Assembly (NCBI RefSeq): GCF_008831285.2
Contig: NC_045138.2
Span: 25,978,001-26,042,000 of the forward strand
DNA from: Nymphaea colorata
Taxonomy: Eukaryota
Direction: 5' to 3'
Length of the DNA stretch: 64,000 bases
The notes below the pieces were generated by a model that was not told the origin of the DNA, searched no databases, and worked only from the letters and a program-made list of their open reading frames with translations. Position numbers and translations under genes: made by a program. Each line of letters starts with the position of its first letter. Position 1 is the stretch's first letter. This document shows positions 60,360 to 64,000 of the stretch, piece by piece.

Positions 60360-61711
60360 ATGCAATTGTGGGGGAGAATCGGGCCGAAGCTACTTGGGCT
60401 ATCCCGTTACCATAGAAGAATTATCATCGTAGACAATGGGGCTTCCTGGAAGTGCCCTCTGTTGGCTGAAGCGAGGAACATTTGGTCTGGCCCGAGGCCG
60501 CGTTCTTTTCTAGAAACATGGCACCGTGAGCGTTTTATTCCTTTTCGGGGTTTCGCCGCTCCGGTTCAAGTAAATCCATCTCCTTTCGTTTTTAGTGTTG
60601 GTGGTATTTTCGTCTTCTTGAGTTTATCTCTGCAGAATGATGAAGCGTTCACCATGAATTCAGTACGTGACTTACGGTGTAAGTTGATTTTCAGGCAAAA
60701 CCGAAGCCGGAAGCGAAAGCGACCGAAGGCCCACGCATTAATACAGCAATTACTGCACCATTTGTGAGGCTTGTTACTGATGAAGGTTGCATTTTAAAAT
60801 CAAAGCGGTGGAACTTTTGATTATTCCTGCATTTGCTCTACTGCGTTCTGAAAGAAAGAAGTCCTCACAGTTGTCTTTCTATTTGCACTCTCCTACTGAT
60901 ATTTGGTGTTTCTAAATTTTTTGAGGACTTCATATTAACGTCATTGATCTGAATCTGCTCAAACACTGATCATAGAAATTGGGAAAACCCTAACAACGAA
61001 GGAGATGATTTTGAAAACTGTACTGTGTGGACAAATTGCTACAAACTGTAGCTGAGAACATGCTGGATTGAGTGAATATGTAGGCCTTGTACCACGGTTT
61101 GCCTGTCTAGTCCTTTTACGTGCTTGCTTAAGCCTTTGGTTTCTTGGAGAACTTTGGAGCAAGACGCTAAATTGTTTGAAGATCCTCTTTCCCGTTTGCA
61201 TTAGACGCCAAATACCCTCAAGTTGTCATTATATAGATGGAACCGGTAAAGTTTTGTCTGGTTGCTGTGGGAACTTGTATGTGGTGGTCTGTTTCATATG
61301 ACAATGATCAGGTTGCCCTCTCAAAAACGGCTTACAGGTCAAGAGTCAAGACCTAATGTAGTGTATAACACAAGATTTGTATGATCATCCAAATATTTCA
61401 AGTTCTTACTTAGACATAGGATTAATCTAGTACGATCCTGATACTCCTTAAGTAACATGCTCCCTCGCATGGTAGCTCCCATGTCTGAGTGTTCGAACAC
61501 ACTGTACAACTTAGTCCCAAATTGACCTGAGCCTCTGTATGGCAGGTGTTAGCCTGTGTTGTAACTTGTAACTGGTTCCCCTTACATTCTTTTGTAGTTT
61601 TCGTATAATTTTTCTAATGTCTTTTTCTAACACTTGTTTGCAGGCCATACAGTAGTCTCCAGATGTGAGGCCCTTGATCGTGCAAAGAGGCTTAAGCTTG
61701 ATTTAGTTGAA
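60360..61711 (+). CDS. IF3: Organellar (probably mitochondrial) translation initiation factor IF-3, 5' part; continues past the right edge. Exons 60360-60569, 60695-60785, 61644-61711
   Basis: Arg-rich presequence ending RGFAAPVQ|AKPK..EGPRINTAITAPFVRLVTDEG|HTVVSRCEALDRAKRLKLDLVE, which matches the IF3 N-domain (PRIN..I....VRLV...G...AL..A....LDLVE). Confidence 0.88.
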
Positions 61712-62789
61712 GTAGGTACTTGATTCTTCAGTCTTCTTAATTGTTCTTACCAGATCAGGGGAAATGAATTAGGTTTTTTCGTAAAGTTTTGAAGATACGA
61801 GAGAATATATGTTGTTGAGAGGTGTTGGGGAGAAGAACCTCTGAACATTATTACAATGATATTCTCCATTGCATTGCACAACTTTGACTAATTAATGCCA
61901 ACATGAGTGTGGTTAAGCTTTGGCTTGTCTCAATAAACAGGTACAAAGAACTGCCAATCCACCTGTGTGTAAGCTCATGGATTTTCACAGGGAGAAATAT
62001 AAGCAACAAATGAAAGAGAAGGAGCGCACAAAGGACAAGGTGTGAAAAGCTTGTTAAAATGTTTCTTGTGGTTTCCAACTTTCTAACTGTAATTTTAGGG
62101 GAAGATCTATATGAATACCAGTTTAAACTTATTTTCTTGCTAATTTGTTGAAGCTGCTAAGGTTGATACTAGTATTTCGTTGCATCACAAAATCACAACA
62201 TTCCAACATAGTAGAGCGGACTGGCCTGTCAAGATTTCAAATCTGCTTTTGTTAACAATTTGAAAGAAGAACAAAAAACAATTTGGTTCCTGAAAACTTG
62301 GAGCAGGGTTTTTCTTTTCATACTTTGTTGGAATTTAGTAAGTATGTTTAAAATCTGATTTGGATTGGCAAGAATACTTTTGCAGATTAGGTATTGCACT
62401 AAATTTTGAGCTATAGTCTAAATTGGTCATATGGTACACTCTGTTACTTATATTATCATTATTATGTTGTGTATGTTTGATGTAATAAATTGGCATAGTC
62501 TGTCCACTTACAATTTCTCTTGTAAAGTGCATATTTAACATGTATTTGTCAGCCCAATAGTTAGATACGTAATGTGTTGTTAATATAACGTAAAAAATCA
62601 TAAATTTAGTTTTTCTGGTGTTAAAAAATTTGAAAATGAAAACAAACAGAGAATGGATCAGGAAAATACAGGAAAATATGTTACTATAATAAACATGCCA
62701 TAAATAAATGCAGAAATGAACATTCGTCAGTTTAACATAACATAATGTCACAACACATCAAGAAATAAAATTAAAATTGTATACATCAC

Positions 62790-64000
62790 AAACTAATTTT
62801 CTTTAATGCAAAAATGAAAATATTATCATCTGTTGTCTTTATCTTCATTCTCATCTTCATTTGCAACGTCTCCTTCAAATTTAACTTCCTCCTTGGTGTA
62901 TATAGGCTTCTCTTCAATATCATTTGTTCCTTCAACATTGAACCACTCAAGATCTTACTCTTGGAATATGGTGGTTCTTTCTTCCTTAACTGACAAATCT
63001 AGTGCCAAAATACATCAAGTTGATAGGATCAATCTGTGCTCTACGCTTTCTTGTTGAAGTTCTTTCTAATTGCCTAAATAAATAAGAGAAAATTTATTAA
63101 TATATATCATAAAGCAAGTGGATATTAATGGGTTAACTTATAAACCAAGTTTAAGTTAACTTATTACCTTTCTCTCAATTGTATATTATATCGAACATAA
63201 ACAAAGTCATTCAACTTTTTATGTCATTGACTATTTTTTTCTTAATGTGGATTTGTTGGAAAACTTTCCAATTTCTTTCACATCCACTTGCATTGCTTGT
63301 TCATTTGAGGATCTTAATTGCAAAAGTTTTGAGGTTTGGACAGTTATTCCCAAGCTTATGCTACCACATGCCTAAACACACATAAAACACTGTGAGTAAT
63401 AGCTAATAACAAATATAAGAAGCAACGGATAAAATTACTAAATTACAATTGTGAAAAATAAATTGTACTTTTGTGTGTAATACCTGGATGCATTGTTGTT
63501 TTGTTATGAATGACTGCATCTCTTTCCTTGTCACATTGATAGTTATCATATATTTTTTTATCTTATGATGAGTTACATCTTGTAGCTCAAACTACGAACT
63601 TCTTAGTGTAGTGTGATAAACCCTTGTTCACTTTTTTTTATCGATTTTAAATGTTGCAAAATATCTCAAGGCAGGATTTAAGTAATATGTTGTTGCATGA
63701 AGGGATCATGAAGTTACTTAGTACACCTCTCATTTATAATAATCCATAAGTAATATGTTGTTGCATGAAGGGATCATGAAGTTACTTAGTACACCTCTCA
63801 TTTATAATAATCCATAAAGGCAAGTACTATTTTTTTTCTTCTTTAATTTCTCTCCTACAGTCTTTTTTGCTTTGTCGACGGTGTTATAGAGTCACCCCAT
63901 GACAAACTTATCTGTATCGTCAATCAATTTTAGGACTTTTTTGCTTTTTAGTAATTTGGCACATGATTCTCAAAATTGGTTGTTGAATACAATATCCACA
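62790..64000 (-). mobile_element. Degenerate hAT-superfamily transposase (C-terminal half) inside an IF3 intron; runs off the right edge
   Basis: Minus strand LHATTYYLNPA, then the hAT dimerisation motif CPNLKTFAIKILK*TSNASGCERNWKVFQQIH.KK...KLNDFVYVRYN (about 63180-63345), IDPI and an acidic tail. In-frame stops are present and the element's own GT-AG introns are kept. Confidence 0.85.
63679..63817. repeat. Two-copy direct tandem duplication, 68-bp period, frameshifting the hAT remnant
   Basis: taagtaatatgttgttgcatgaagggatcatgaagttacttagtacacctctcatttataataatcca at 63679 and 63747. Confidence 0.95.

Overview
Gene-dense, intron-rich nuclear DNA from a flowering plant (species not determined). 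Nine spliced protein-coding genes were rebuilt by hand from splice sites and reading frame, in this order: DEG15 peroxisomal protease (-, runs off the left edge); a 109-aa two-TM membrane protein (+, Pkr1-like pattern); SMG7-like (+); RFWD3-like RING-WD40 E3 ligase (+); HAD-IIIA phosphatidylglycerophosphate phosphatase (-); BASS1-like plastid transporter (-); eIF4E (-); SWITCH2/CHR9 SNF2 helicase (+); and organellar IF3 (+, runs off the right edge). Introns and intergenic DNA hold decayed L1-type LINE, Copia and hAT fragments, MITE-like remnants, microsatellites and several short tandem duplications. I see no convincing new multi-gene system. The most interesting signals are post-transcriptional: uORFs and a stop-adjacent GC-AG intron in SMG7L, a candidate poison exon in RFWD3, and a recursive-splice-like CAG|GTAAGT in DEG15. 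Also notable are a possible plant Pkr1 homologue, a fold-back microsatellite and a tandem DRE/CRT array. All family calls rest on motif recognition from memory; no database search was run.
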